A stretch of DNA of 64,000 nucleotides, from positions 2,624,001 to 2,688,000 of the forward strand of contig CM000154.2 of assembly GCA_000004695.1 (NCBI GenBank), written 5' to 3'. The notes beneath the pieces were generated by a model. The model saw only the letters and a program-made list of their open reading frames with translations. It ran no database searches and was not told the origin of the DNA. Below, piece by piece: positions 44,323 to 55,921 of this stretch; within the stretch, counting starts at the first letter, position 1; every line of letters begins with the position of its first letter. The position numbers and the translations under genes were made by a program. This stretch comes from Dictyostelium discoideum (Eukaryota).

Positions 44323-44660
44323 ATAAATAAATAACTTTTGCTAATAACAATAACAACAACAACAACAACAACACATAATATCGCATTTTTTTTTTTTTTT
44401 TTTGTTATTTTATTTGTTTATTTATTATTTTCTTTAATTATACCAGACTTGTTATTATTTATATCATATCTATAATTTTGTATCTTTTTTTATTTTTCCC
44501 AAATTGTAATTGTTATTTAAAACTTGAAATAAATATATATATATGAATGACTCCTTTATTTTGAAAAGGAGTGCTTGTTTATTTATTCTATTTTTTTTTT
44601 TTTTTTATTTTTATTTTTTATTTTTTTTTTACTATAATGAATATTTTATTTTATTTTATT

Positions 44661-45007
44661 TTATTTAAAATTTGAGGATATTATTAAAATTATAGAAAGT
44701 AATAAAAATACAAATATTAAAAGGTTATTGTGTTTTAAAGTATTTGAATCACTTGAACCTGAACCATATCCTCTATAGAATTCTGGATCACCAAATAGAT
44801 AATGAGAGGAATAATTATATTCTGGATCATACATTAATCCAATTGATAATGAATTATTTGATATTAATGTTTCACCTGTTTGATAAAGTGTTAAAACAAA
44901 TTTTAAAAGGTCACATTTTAAACATGCGAAATTTAAATAACAATATTCATTTCTATAAACAGTTAATACATCTGGAGTTGTATCGATTGATAAATTCTTT
45001 CTAAAAT

Positions 45008-45038
<31 letters not shown>

Positions 45039-45135
45039 ATAATTAAATATTATTTTTATTATTTTTATTGGTATTTAATTATAAATAATAATAATAATAA
45101 TAAAAAAAAAAAAATAAAAAAAATGATTAGAAAAT

Positions 45136-45171
<36 letters not shown>

Positions 45172-45588
45172 TAATAATTAATATTCTTACCCTTCAGAAA
45201 CAACACAATATTTACTTTCTAAATAATTTAATTTTTGATAAACTAATTTTTCACCATTTATACATTGATTAATTTTGAAATAAGTTTTACAAGATGTTGA
45301 TGAACAATTCTTGGGATACCATGCACATGGAGAATCTGGAAAATTTATATTATCTAACTCTGAGGCATTACAATTTAATGTTCTGTATCCATCATCCCAT
45401 ATAAATAAAAAATCACTTTTAACTGGTGATCCAAATAATACTCTATGAATTTTAACTTCACCAGTACAATCTAATGTATCAAAATTTTGGATCATATAAA
45501 CTTTTGGGTTATAATATCCGAAAATATTAAAAACTCCAAAATTTAATATTAATAATAATATTATTATTAAATTGTTTTTTAAAATCAT
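44661..45588 (-). CDS. Predicted secreted or membrane-anchored cysteine-containing protein of unknown family. CDS is complement(join(44661..45000, 45191..45588)).
   Basis: A signal peptide (MILKNNLIIILLLILNFGVFNIFG) is followed by ..LDCTGEVKIHRVLFGSPVKSDFLFIWDDGYRTLNCNASELDNINFPDSPCAWYPKNCSSTSCKTYFKINQCINGEKL..CVVSEG, which ends at donor GTAAGA in phase 2. Acceptor TTTTAG is at 45001-45002. The second exon encodes KNLSIDTTPDVLTVYRNEYCYLNFACLKCDLLKF..GYGSGSSDSNTLKHNN and then the hydrophobic tail LLIFVFLLLSIILIISSNFK followed by TAA, which looks like a GPI signal or TM anchor. Confidence 0.55.
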
Positions 45589-46442
45589 TTTTTTTTTTTT
45601 TTTTTTTTTTTTAATAAAATAAAATAAAATGAAATGAAATTAAATGATAATATTTTAAAAAATAAATTAAATTAAATTAGATTTTGAAAAAAAAAAAAAA
45701 AAAAAAAATATCTATTTGATTTATTTTTAATTTTAATCTTTTTATTTTATGGTAATAAAACTATTATTATTTTTATTATTATTATTATTATTATTAGTTT
45801 TGGGTGATTTTTACGGTTTTTCTTATTTAAATAATATAACATAAAAAATTCAATAAAAAAAAAAATAATGTTAATAATAAAAAAAATTAAAAAATACAGG
45901 AAAAAAATAAAAATTAATTAAAATATAATAAAAAAAAAATAAAAAAATAAATTTTATTTAAAATAATCAGATCTATATCAAAAAAAAAAAAAAAAACTTT
46001 TTCTTTTTGGTATTGATACTACATAACATTTTTTTAAAAATTTTTAATTTCTTGTTTTACATTGGTATACTACAGGTCTGTGTGTTTGTTTTTTTTTTTT
46101 TTTTTTTTTTTTGATTTATGAAAAGGTGTTTTCTCACCCATTTTGTTTTATTTTTATTTTAATTTTTTATTTTTATTTTTATTTTATAGTGGTGTAAAAA
46201 TGAAACTGATATATATATATTTCAATTTTAATTTTTTATATGTGGGTTGAAAAAGTGTTTAAAAAAAAATAAATTTACAAACGTTGATGGATTTTTTTTT
46301 TTTTTTTTTTCAATTTTAATTTTAATTTTTGATTTTTTTCACTGAAACCTTTTGTCCCACTTAAGATTTCTTTTTTTTTTTTTTTTGATTTTTTGATTTT
46401 TTTTTTTTTTTTTTTAAGCAATACTAAAAAAAAAAAAAAAAA

Positions 46443-47921
46443 ATGGTATCTGTTAGAAATGCAAAGATAATTTCATTGATTTATCAAATATTTGCTATTT
46501 TGGGTGAAATAATTTTATTATTATTATCTCCAAATGATAAAGAAGAAATTGAATTTAATCCACCATCACCAATTTCATCACCTTCTTCCAATAGTTCAAC
46601 ACCACCAATATCTGCTTCAAAATTACATAATCAAGTTTCTTCATCATCAACTTCATCATCCACTTCATCATCAACTTCAACTTCAACTTCAACATCTTTG
46701 TATGATAAACAACAAGCTACAAATGATTCAATAGAGATTGCCAGTAGTTTAACCAAAGCCATTTCAATTGCAACTCTACAAAATTCTTTACTACCACATA
46801 ATCAAATCATTGCAAGATCATTGGTACCAAAGAGATTAAGTAGAAAGAAAGTTATTGTTGTAACATTAGATGGTGGTGGTATTAGGGGTATTGTAACATT
46901 AACAATTTTAAGAGAGTTACAAAAAATGATGGGATTGGATATAATTGATAAAGCACATATGGTATGTGGTACTAGTACTGGATCAATCATTGCTATGGGT
47001 CGTTCCAAACCATTACCATATGATGAAATAGTTGAAATTTATAAAAACTTTGGAAAAGTAATTTTCAAAGGTACAGTTAAAAACTTTTTAGTTGGTGCAA
47101 CACTTGCAAATTCTGATAAAAAAGAACAAGAATTAATAAAAGTTTTTGGTAATAACACTATGGGTAATTTTGCTCAAAATAAAAAATTATTTGTTGTTGT
47201 TTCAAAATTAAAACATAACAATTCATTATTACAACAACAGCAAACACCACAACAAACTTTTATTAATCAATCAACACCTTCTTCATTACAACAACCACAA
47301 CAACAACAAATTTTAATTAATCAACAACAAGAAAGTGAATTTAAAACTAAAATCATTTCAAATTATAATAAAAAGTATGAAAATGTTAAAGTTTCAGAAG
47401 CATTAAATGCATCATCGGCAGCACCAATTTATTTTAAACCAGTGGAGATTAATGGTCACAAATATGTTGATGGAGGTATTGGTTATCAAAATAATCCAAT
47501 TTTATTGGCTCATAAAGAATGTTTGAAATTATTTGGTGATATGACAGAATATTTATTCATTTCATTAGGTACTGGTACTTTTGAAGCAACTAGTACTGTC
47601 ATCTCTCCAAGTAGTAAAAAAATAATATTCCAAGCTCAAGAAACCTTTAAAAATGCTGTTGGTTTAATTAAAAATGCTGCTTCAAGTATTGGTGATTCTG
47701 AAACACCTCATCAAATTTTTAAACAAATGTCAAATTATAAAAATGTTAGTTACTATCGTTTCAATCCAAAATTAACTCAAAACTTTTCTTTGTCCGATAC
47801 AAGTAAATCAAGTTTAGATGCAATGGAAACTGAAGCACGACAATATATGCAATCTCAAGATATGATTAGAGAAGTTCAAAATCTTAAAAATGAAATTGAA
47901 TCAATAATTAATTCCTCTTAA
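46443..47921 (+). CDS. Patatin-like phospholipase (PNPLA/iPLA2 family), 492 aa, single exon.
   Basis: VIVVTLDGGGIRGIVTLTIL contains the oxyanion GGGxRG motif. HMVCGTSTGSIIAMG contains the GxSxG nucleophile. YVDGGIGYQNNP contains the catalytic DGG/Asp. The N-terminus is S-rich and low complexity. Confidence 0.85.
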   Translation: MVSVRNAKIISLIYQIFAILGEIILLLLSPNDKEEIEFNPPSPISSPSSNSSTPPISASKLHNQVSSSSTSSSTSSSTSTSTSTSLYDKQQATNDSIEIASSLTKAISIATLQNSLLPHNQIIARSLVPKRLSRKKVIVVTLDGGGIRGIVTLTILRELQKMMGLDIIDKAHMVCGTSTGSIIAMGRSKPLPYDEIVEIYKNFGKVIFKGTVKNFLVGATLANSDKKEQELIKVFGNNTMGNFAQNKKLFVVVSKLKHNNSLLQQQQTPQQTFINQSTPSSLQQPQQQQILINQQQESEFKTKIISNYNKKYENVKVSEALNASSAAPIYFKPVEINGHKYVDGGIGYQNNPILLAHKECLKLFGDMTEYLFISLGTGTFEATSTVISPSSKKIIFQAQETFKNAVGLIKNAASSIGDSETPHQIFKQMSNYKNVSYYRFNPKLTQNFSLSDTSKSSLDAMETEARQYMQSQDMIREVQNLKNEIESIINSS

Positions 47922-48361
47922 ACAAAAAAAAAAAAATAAAAAAATAAAAAATTTAATTAATAATTAAAATTGTATTACTAAATAAAAAAAAAATAAAAAA
48001 AAAGAAAATAATAATAACAATAAAAAAAAGAAAATAATAATAATAATAATAAAGATAACCTAAATAGATTATTACTCTTTTTTTTTTTTCATGTTATTTT
48101 ATTTGAATAATATTAAAGAAAAAAAAGAAAAAATCATTGATTAGATTTTTTCCTATATAATTAATAAAAACACAAAAAAATGTTTTTTTGATCTCGGCAT
48201 TCATCGAAATTTGTTTATTTTTATTTTTTATTTTTATTTTTTTTTTATTTTTTTTTTTTTATTTTTTTTTACACCAAAAGAAATCTAATATTTTTATTTT
48301 TTATTTTCAAATTTTTTTTTTCATTATTTTTTTTTTTTTTTTGGTATGGTTAATAAATAAA

Positions 48362-49274
48362 ATGAAAAATGGTTTTTTATTTTTAACGATAATTTTATTA
48401 TTATCAATTTTCATTACATTTTCAAATTCTCAAAATTTGTCAAATTTGGAACAAAATTGTTTGACGAATTTGGGAAATAAAATTTCGAAATATAAAGATC
48501 CAAATTCATGGTGTTCCTCTTTTTCTTGTGCTCTTTCAGCTGATTCATCAAATTTATATATAGAAACATTAAAAATTGAAAACACAAATGGAGTCACAGC
48601 AGCTTTAAATTACACTGACTTTAGTTGTTTCTCTAATTTGACAAAATTGTAATTATTGACTTTTTATTTTAATTTTTATTATTTTTACTATATTACTAAT
48701 AAAATTCTTTAAATAGAGATATTACTCATTATACCTTAAACTATAGTTCCTTTTTTGGTGATATTTCAGAAAAAGGCTTGGCAGGTAAGTAACACTTTAA
48801 ATAATTAATTAAAATAAAAAAAGACAATATTAATAGATTTTTAAATAATTTAATTATAGTTTCAATTGTTTTAAATCAAACCTTTAATTTTGATTTCCCA
48901 AAATTGGTAAACTTTCCAACAACTTCATTGTATGTATTTTTAAAAAAATATATATATATACTCAATTTCATGATCAAACAAAATATTAATATTAATTAAT
49001 TCATAAAGAGAATTTGTTTTGGCATATACACCAGGTACTATTGGACAATTTAATGCAAGTTCTTTTGGAAATTTAAAATCATTAATTTTCACCACCAATC
49101 CTCTACTACCATCAATTCCAGCATCAATGACTCTTCCCACTTTATACAACGACTTAAATTCAAACCAACAGATTCAATTAGATAAATTTCGATTTGTGAC
49201 CAGACAAGTTCCAAATCTTAATTATTTTAACATTACTGAATTGTATGTACATTTGTTTATTCCAAAAATATAAG

Positions 49275-49332
<58 letters not shown>

Positions 49333-49699
49333 TATTATTAATAAATATTACTCTCTTTTAGGTATTTAGTATTAGAACCAACTATAACAGGGACTGGAGA
49401 TTTCAACTCTTTTACCAATGTCCAAATTTTTACTTTAATCGTGGATACAGACACACAGGTTATTGGTTTCCCCAGTATTTTTACATTAAGTAATAATATC
49501 ATACAAGCGTAGGTAATCATCTTTTAAATAATTTATTTCAATAATAAAATAAATAAAATAAAATATTCAAATAATTAACATTTTTTAATAAAATTTTAAA
49601 GTGAATTAAAAGCGAAATTTTCCCCTCCTGCTTCCATAATTGATATTACACCTTCTTCAAAACTTAGATCTTTGTGAGTTATTTGCAACAAACAAAAAA

Positions 49700-49738
<39 letters not shown>

Positions 49739-52700
49739 AATTTATCTTTTATTATTTTCTAACAATAAATTTTCAATAGGAGATATATACAAATTAATAC
49801 AGGAATTTCAAGTAGTTTTGCTTATCCACCTCCAAATGGTTTCCCTTTAATTCTTCCAACTTCAATTGAATTAATCTTTTTTCCAAATACTGGTTTTAAT
49901 TTACCTCAATTAAATATATTACCAAACTTAGGTTATTTAGATTTTTCAGCAAATTCAATTACATCATTACCTGCAAATATTGGCCCTTCCTTAAAATATC
50001 TGTAAGTTTAATAATTATTATATCTATTGTAAAAAAAAAAAAATTATTAAACAATCCTTTTATTTATTTATTTTTTTTTTTTTTTTTTTTTAATAGCGAA
50101 CTTTCAGAGAATAGTATAAGTGGAACAATACCGCCTTTGTTATTTTGCAATATGCTATTGGATGTTAATAATAATAATTTTAATGGTTATTTACCAGAGT
50201 GTTTTCAATGTAATGTATTAAATACTCTTATATTAATATGATGATTTTCTTTCTAACTTTTAATTGTTTTTACAAAAAATAATAATAATAATAATAAAAT
50301 AAAATAAAGGCTATTACAATTTCCAACCAATTTTAAGTGTATTTTTTTCTGCGAATCCAAATTTAATCGTTTCAGGACCATGTACTTTAAAACCAGTACC
50401 TAATTTTAGTTTGGATCCAGTTTTAAAAACATTTAGGTTATGGGGTTCAAATCTTGGGTATGCTTATCCTACTACACCATCCAACGTTTCATTTACATTA
50501 ATTTCAATACCAAATTCTGAATTTTTTGGTACTTACAATGATATAATGACAGCATCAGTAATAGAGTTTTCCTTTATGGGTTCAAGCTTTACATTACCTT
50601 TGACTCCAAACCCACCAAATATTTTCAATGTCCATTCGGATGGAGTTGCATCATTCTCATTTAATGGTCAGTATTTCACATATAACACAAGTGATGTAAC
50701 AATTACACTTAGTGGATATCCATGTCAAGTGACTTTTGCATCATTTCAAACCATAGCTTGTATGGGACCATCATTCCAAAATAGTTCTGAATTGGTTGTA
50801 AACTTTAAAATTGGAATTTATTCAACCCAAATTTCAGTGATTCTAGGTGCAGAAAGTAATAATGTTACAATGTGTACACAGAGTTGTAATCATGGTTATT
50901 GTAGTACTGTAGGTACTGTTGGCAAATGTATTTGCAATCCTGGATATGCAGGTAATGATTGTTCCGTTTCAAATCCATGCTCTTCAACTTGTTTGAATGG
51001 TGGAAATTGTGATTATTTTAAAGGTATATGTAATTGTACCTCAAGTTGGAGTGGTACTGATTGTGGAACACCATATATTGAATGTGCCAATGAATGTAAG
51101 AATGGTCAATGTAATTATCAAACTGGTATGTGTTTATGTAATATAGGTTGGGGAGGAACAATTTGTAATGAATTTTCACTTGATTGTCCAAAGAATTGTA
51201 GTTTTTCAAGTGGGGGTGGTGTTTGTAATCGTACAGTAGGCGAATGTAAATGTAATTCAAATTATCAATCAAATGATTGTAGTATCCCATATGTTGAATG
51301 TAATAGTAATTGTAATATTAATTCAAATGTTGGAAATAAATGTAATAATCAAACCGGTATTTGTATTTGTTCTACCGATTGGCAAGGTTTATCTTGTGAA
51401 TCACCAAGTCATTATATCTCATCAATTCAACCAACAAACACTGATGGTGGATTTGTTTTAATTTATGGATGGTTTGGTGGTAGTGGTTATCATAATAATC
51501 CTATGGTTACAATTGGTACACTTGAATGTAAAATAAATTCAATCAATGAATCTTTGATTAATTGTACAATTGGTAGTGGTTCTGGTACTAAATCAGTTTC
51601 AGTACAACAAAATGGTTATTCATATGTTGGAAAGGATATTTTCCATTATACTGATATTACTTATAAATGTCCAAATGATTGCTCTGGACATGGTACTTGT
51701 AACAAATTAATTGGTCAATGTAAATGTTTTAGTGGATGGGGTGGTTTTGATTGTAATGGTAAAAATATAGTTCAATCATCTTCAACAACAACAACTACTA
51801 CTACTACTACTACTACAACATCAGCATCAACAACAGCAACTACAACATCTGGCAATACAACACCAGAGCCAACACAAGAACCAATTGTAATTCCAGAGAC
51901 AGTTACAACAATTAATACAACTATTGGTTCAGCTTTAATTAATAATGAAAAAACTTTATATGAAATTAAAATTTCAAAAATTGTTGAATTAGATTTCAAT
52001 GGTGAATCAGTTAAAACTATAAATTTACAAGAGAAATGGAATGTTGAAATAATAGCAGAAAATAATACATACATTTTCAAACAAACATTAAATGGTACAA
52101 ATTGTACAGTAACCTATTCAATTGAAGAGGTTAAAACCACTAGAGATTATAATTTTGCAGGATTGGATTTAACATTGGATGCTGGTGGTATTAAAATCAC
52201 AGTTAAAATTGAAAATTATCAATATTTAAATTCATTAAATACATTACAACTTCAAATTGAATCATTAATTGGTTCAACAGCAAAAGACCAAAATGATGAT
52301 GAAGATAACGAATGTAATAAAGAGAATTTATCAGTAGATACAAATGAAATGGACAAAGATCAATTATTAAATTATATAACAATTTCAAAAGATCAAAAAA
52401 TATTATATGGTAGATTTATTAATAGAGTCGTCAGTGATACTAGACCAACATTTATTACAACATCAGTAGTTTCAAATAATGGAAATTCAGTTATACTTGG
52501 TTTAAATTTACCACATTGTATAAATTCATGTTTAATTGATCCTGGTATGTTATTTTTTTTTTTTTTTTCCAAATTCCCTAATTTACTAATTTTTTTTTTT
52601 TTTTTTTTTAAGATTTCTCTGTTTTAGTTTCTTCATCTTATAAAACCTGTGATAATTCTAAAGATTCAGGAAGACCAGCTTGGCTTTTACCAGTTGCTAT

Positions 52701-52834
52701 AGTTGTACCATGTGTTGTTGTGGCTTCAATAATTATAATCGGTGCTGTAATATATAGAAAAAATAGAATGGCAATTTTAGTTGCAAAGAATAAATATTCA
52801 TTTAGTCTTAGAAAAATGTCTAAAAAAAATTAAA
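48362..52834 (+). CDS. Intron-rich type I membrane protein with a signal peptide, leucine-rich repeats, multiple EGF-like repeats, an IPT/TIG-like domain and a C-terminal TM helix. Approximate exons are 48362..48648, 48717..48784, 48860..48929, 49009..49242, 49362..49508, 49602..49673, 49780..50001, 50097..~50214, ~50310..52544 and 52614..52834.
   Basis: The signal peptide is MKNGFLFLTIILLLSIFITFSNSQ. Canonical donors lie at 48649 (GTAATT), 48785 (GTAAGT), 48930 (GTATGT), 49243 (GTATGT), 49509 (GTAGGT), 49674 (GTGAGT), 50002 (GTAAGT) and 52545 (GTATGT), and all pair with in-phase AG acceptors. The LRR exons include ..LPQLNILPNLGYLDFSANSITSLPANIGPSLKYL. The large exon encodes more than 8 Cys-rich EGF-like units (CNHGYCSTVGTVGKCICNPGYAGNDCS..CLNGGNCDYFKGICNCTSSWSGTDCG..) and GGFVLIYGWFGG..ECKINS (TIG-like). 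The last exon encodes D-FSVLVSS..PAWLLPVAIVVPCVVVASIIIIGAVIYRKNRMAIL..KKN followed by TAA at 52832-52834. The junction between about 50214 and 50310 cannot be made in frame with canonical sites, which points to a possible 1-bp sequence error. Confidence 0.65.
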
Positions 52835-53136
52835 TTATTAAATAATTAATAATAAAAATAATAAAATTAAAAAAATAATTATTTATTTTCTAAATTAAAT
52901 AATAAAACAATAATAATAATTTATAATATAAAAATATTGATTATTAATGGTAATAATAATAAAAGAAAATTCATTTTTAAAAAAGCATTTTGATCAAATT
53001 TTCTTTTTATTTTTTTTTTTTTTTTTAATTTTTTTTTTTTTTTTTTCGTTTAAACTAAATTAATTTTTATTTTTTTTTATTTTTTATTTTTTATTTTTTT
53101 ATTTATTTTTTTGCATACTTACATGTAAAAACAATC

Positions 53137-54075
53137 ATGTCAAGATTATTTAATAATTTTCTATTGAAAACGAATAAAAATCAATTTATTCAATCATTTT
53201 CAACAAAATCTCAAATTAACAACAATATTTTCAATAATTTAATAAAAAATGAAAAAATATCATTACCCCCACCACCTTTTTTATCCTCGTCATCCCCATT
53301 ATCAATGAATAATATATTTAATAGAAATAATAAAAATTTATACACAACAAATAATTTTAATTATAATAAATTACAATTTACAACTCAATCACCCAATCCA
53401 ACCCCAACCCCAACCCCAACCCCAACTCCAACCCCAACCCCAAATAATAATGAAAATAATAATAATAAAAATAATAATAATAATAATTTTAAAGAAGAAC
53501 AAAAGAAAATATTACAAGAAAAGAATAAAGCAATTGGATTATACGTTTTAATTGCAATTATTGGTATTTTAGGATTATCATATGCAGCAGTACCATTGTA
53601 TAGAATATTTTGTAGAGCAACCGGATATGGTGGTACAACAAGAGATGCTGATGATTTTGATGTAATTAGAAAAAGAAATTTAGATAGAACTGTTTACCCA
53701 ATTAAAGTTACATTCTCAGCATCAACAGCCAATAAAATTCCATGGACATTCAAACCAACTCAAAGTACAATCGAATGTTTACCTGGTGAACCAGTTTTAT
53801 GTTTTTATAGAGCAACCAATAATACCGACACACCAATTATTGGTGTTGCAACTTATAACATCACTCCAATGAAAGCTGGAACCTATTTCACTAAAATTCA
53901 ATGTTTTTGTTTCGATGAACAACGTATCAATGCTCATGAAACAATTGATATGCCTGTATTATTTGTAATAGAACCCGAACTTTTAGATGATAAAAATATG
54001 AAAGGTGTTTCTGATATAACCTTATCTTATACTTTCTTTAAATCAAATGATCAAGGTGAATATGAAGAAATTTAA
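53137..54075 (+). CDS. cox11: Cytochrome c oxidase copper chaperone COX11 (CtaG family), 312 aa, single exon.
   Basis: An N/T-rich presequence is followed by a TM helix (IGLYVLIAIIGILGLSYAAVPLYRIFCRATGYGG), then ..KVTFSASTANKIPWTFKPTQ..GEPVLCFYRATNNTD..ATYNITPMKAGTYFTKIQCFCFDEQRINAHETIDMPVLF. This is the conserved CFCF copper-binding motif and the COX11 core. Confidence 0.85.
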   Translation: MSRLFNNFLLKTNKNQFIQSFSTKSQINNNIFNNLIKNEKISLPPPPFLSSSSPLSMNNIFNRNNKNLYTTNNFNYNKLQFTTQSPNPTPTPTPTPTPTPTPNNNENNNNKNNNNNNFKEEQKKILQEKNKAIGLYVLIAIIGILGLSYAAVPLYRIFCRATGYGGTTRDADDFDVIRKRNLDRTVYPIKVTFSASTANKIPWTFKPTQSTIECLPGEPVLCFYRATNNTDTPIIGVATYNITPMKAGTYFTKIQCFCFDEQRINAHETIDMPVLFVIEPELLDDKNMKGVSDITLSYTFFKSNDQGEYEEI

Positions 54076-54216
54076 ATTTAATAAAATAAATAAATAAATA
54101 TAAATTAAAAAAAAAAAAATTATTAGAAATAAAAAAAAAAAAAAAAAGTTAAATAAATGATATTCTTTTTTCTTTTTTTTTTTTTTTTTTATTATTATTA
54201 TTATTACTATTATTAC

Positions 54217-54262
<46 letters not shown>

Positions 54263-54321
54263 TAATAGTTATTATAATTATTTTTAAATTTCTATTTTTT
54301 TTGAGTTTTTTATTATTAAAT

Positions 54322-55738
54322 TTATTTACTGATTTGAGTACTGAGGATTGGAGCTAAAATTGCAACCAAAACAATTGCAACAATAATTAAAAGAATATAC
54401 ATTTTCTTTCTGGATTTTTTATGTTGTCTATTTGCTTCAGCTAAATTTTCAACACCTTCTTTAGTATTTAATACAGTGGATTCAACGTTTGCTTCGATTT
54501 GATTGAGTAATTCACCTTGAGTCTCAACCAAAATAGCCATATCTAAAAACAATTGATGTAACTCTGCAATACTTTGTTCCAATTTCAAAATATCATTATG
54601 TCTATCTTGAATATAATCCAATGCATTCTTTGCTTGTGTATGTAAATGTGTATAAAGAATAGTTTCCTCGAAAATCTTTTTAGAATCACCTGAATCTATA
54701 GCTTCCCTAATCTCTTCTTGTGTTGCATCGGGTTTTACTAATAAATAAATCATATAAAATTAAAGGTTATTTTAATTAGTATACTTTTGTTTTTTTCATT
54801 TTCAATGATGGATGATGATGATAAATTTACATACCAATTTTATATTGTCTTTCAATCTTTTCTTTATATTTATTTTTATAATTATTTTGAATTTCTTGAT
54901 ATTCTCTCATCATTTCCACAAACTTTTGTGTTAATGTATTGTGCATATTCGATCTAATACGTACTTCTGTTGGTGTTGCTGTTTTTGTGGCTGCAAATTT
55001 ATCGTTATTTATTTTCATTGTATCTAATTTCTTTTTTAATTCAGAGAATGATTTATTTGTACCATCTAGCATTTGTTGTATATCATCTTCATATTCTAAA
55101 TATTTTAAATAAAAAAAATAATAGATAAATAAATAGATATTAAAATATTTAATATATTAGTATCTATATATTCATTTATCATAGTGTTATTAATTGTAGA
55201 AATTATAAAATATTTCAAACTAATCTTTTTTCTCAACTATTTCTATAACTAATTCTACGACCAATACTACTATTTAATAATTAATTTAAAATTAGAAAAA
55301 AATAAATAAAAAAAAAAAAACATACTTGAACCTTGATCAACATTAATCGAATTTAAAGATAAAACATATTTGTCCTCTATACTTCTTACACTCCTTTTAA
55401 CTGATGTCATTAAAGTTTTTAAAACACCAACTTCTTGATAAAATTCTGGCATAAATTCTTCAGATGCTTCTGGATCATCTGGACCTAATTCAATATCGTT
55501 GATTGATGGATCTTCATAATTTGATCCTGATGGTTCTGATGGAGACTCTGGTGTTTCTTCTCCTCCTTTTCCCTTTTTACCTTTTTTCTTTTTATCCACT
55601 TCAGGTTTAACACCACCTGCATTCTAATTTTTAATTTATTTATTTATTAGTTTCTATAACCTTTTTTTTTTTTTTTTTTTTAAGTTTTATAATTTTAAAT
55701 TTGATATTTACTCTCAATTCTTGTAAACGATCCTCCAT
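54322..55738 (-). CDS. Syntaxin-1-like plasma-membrane t-SNARE (Habc plus SNARE motif plus TM). CDS is complement(join(54322..54737, 54835..55095, 55326..55623, 55712..55738)).
   Basis: Exon 1 encodes MEDRLQELR (compare syntaxin-1 MKDRTQELR) and ends at donor GTAAAT. Exon 2 encodes NAGGVKPEVDKKKKGKK..FMPEFYQEVGVLKTLMTSVKRSVRSIEDKYV..DQGS and ends at GTATGT in phase 1. Exon 3 encodes K-YEDDIQQMLDGTNKSFSELKKKLDTMK..VRIRSNMHNTLTQKFVEMMREYQEIQNNYKNKYKEKIERQYKI and ends at GTATGT in phase 1. Exon 4 encodes V-KPDATQEEIREAIDSGDSKKIFEE..IQDRHNDILKLEQSIAELHQLFLDMAILVETQGELLNQIEANVESTV..RQHKKSRKKMYILLIIVAIVLVAILAPIL followed by TAA. Confidence 0.85.
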
Positions 55739-55890
55739 CTTTTTTTTTTTTTTTTTTTTTTTTATATTTTATATTTTTATTATTATTATTATTATTATTG
55801 TTCCTTTTTAATTTCTTTTTATTTTTTAATTTTATTCTTTCCAAAAAAAATAAAAATAAAAATTAATAAGTTGATATATTGATACAATTG

Positions 55891-55921
<31 letters not shown>

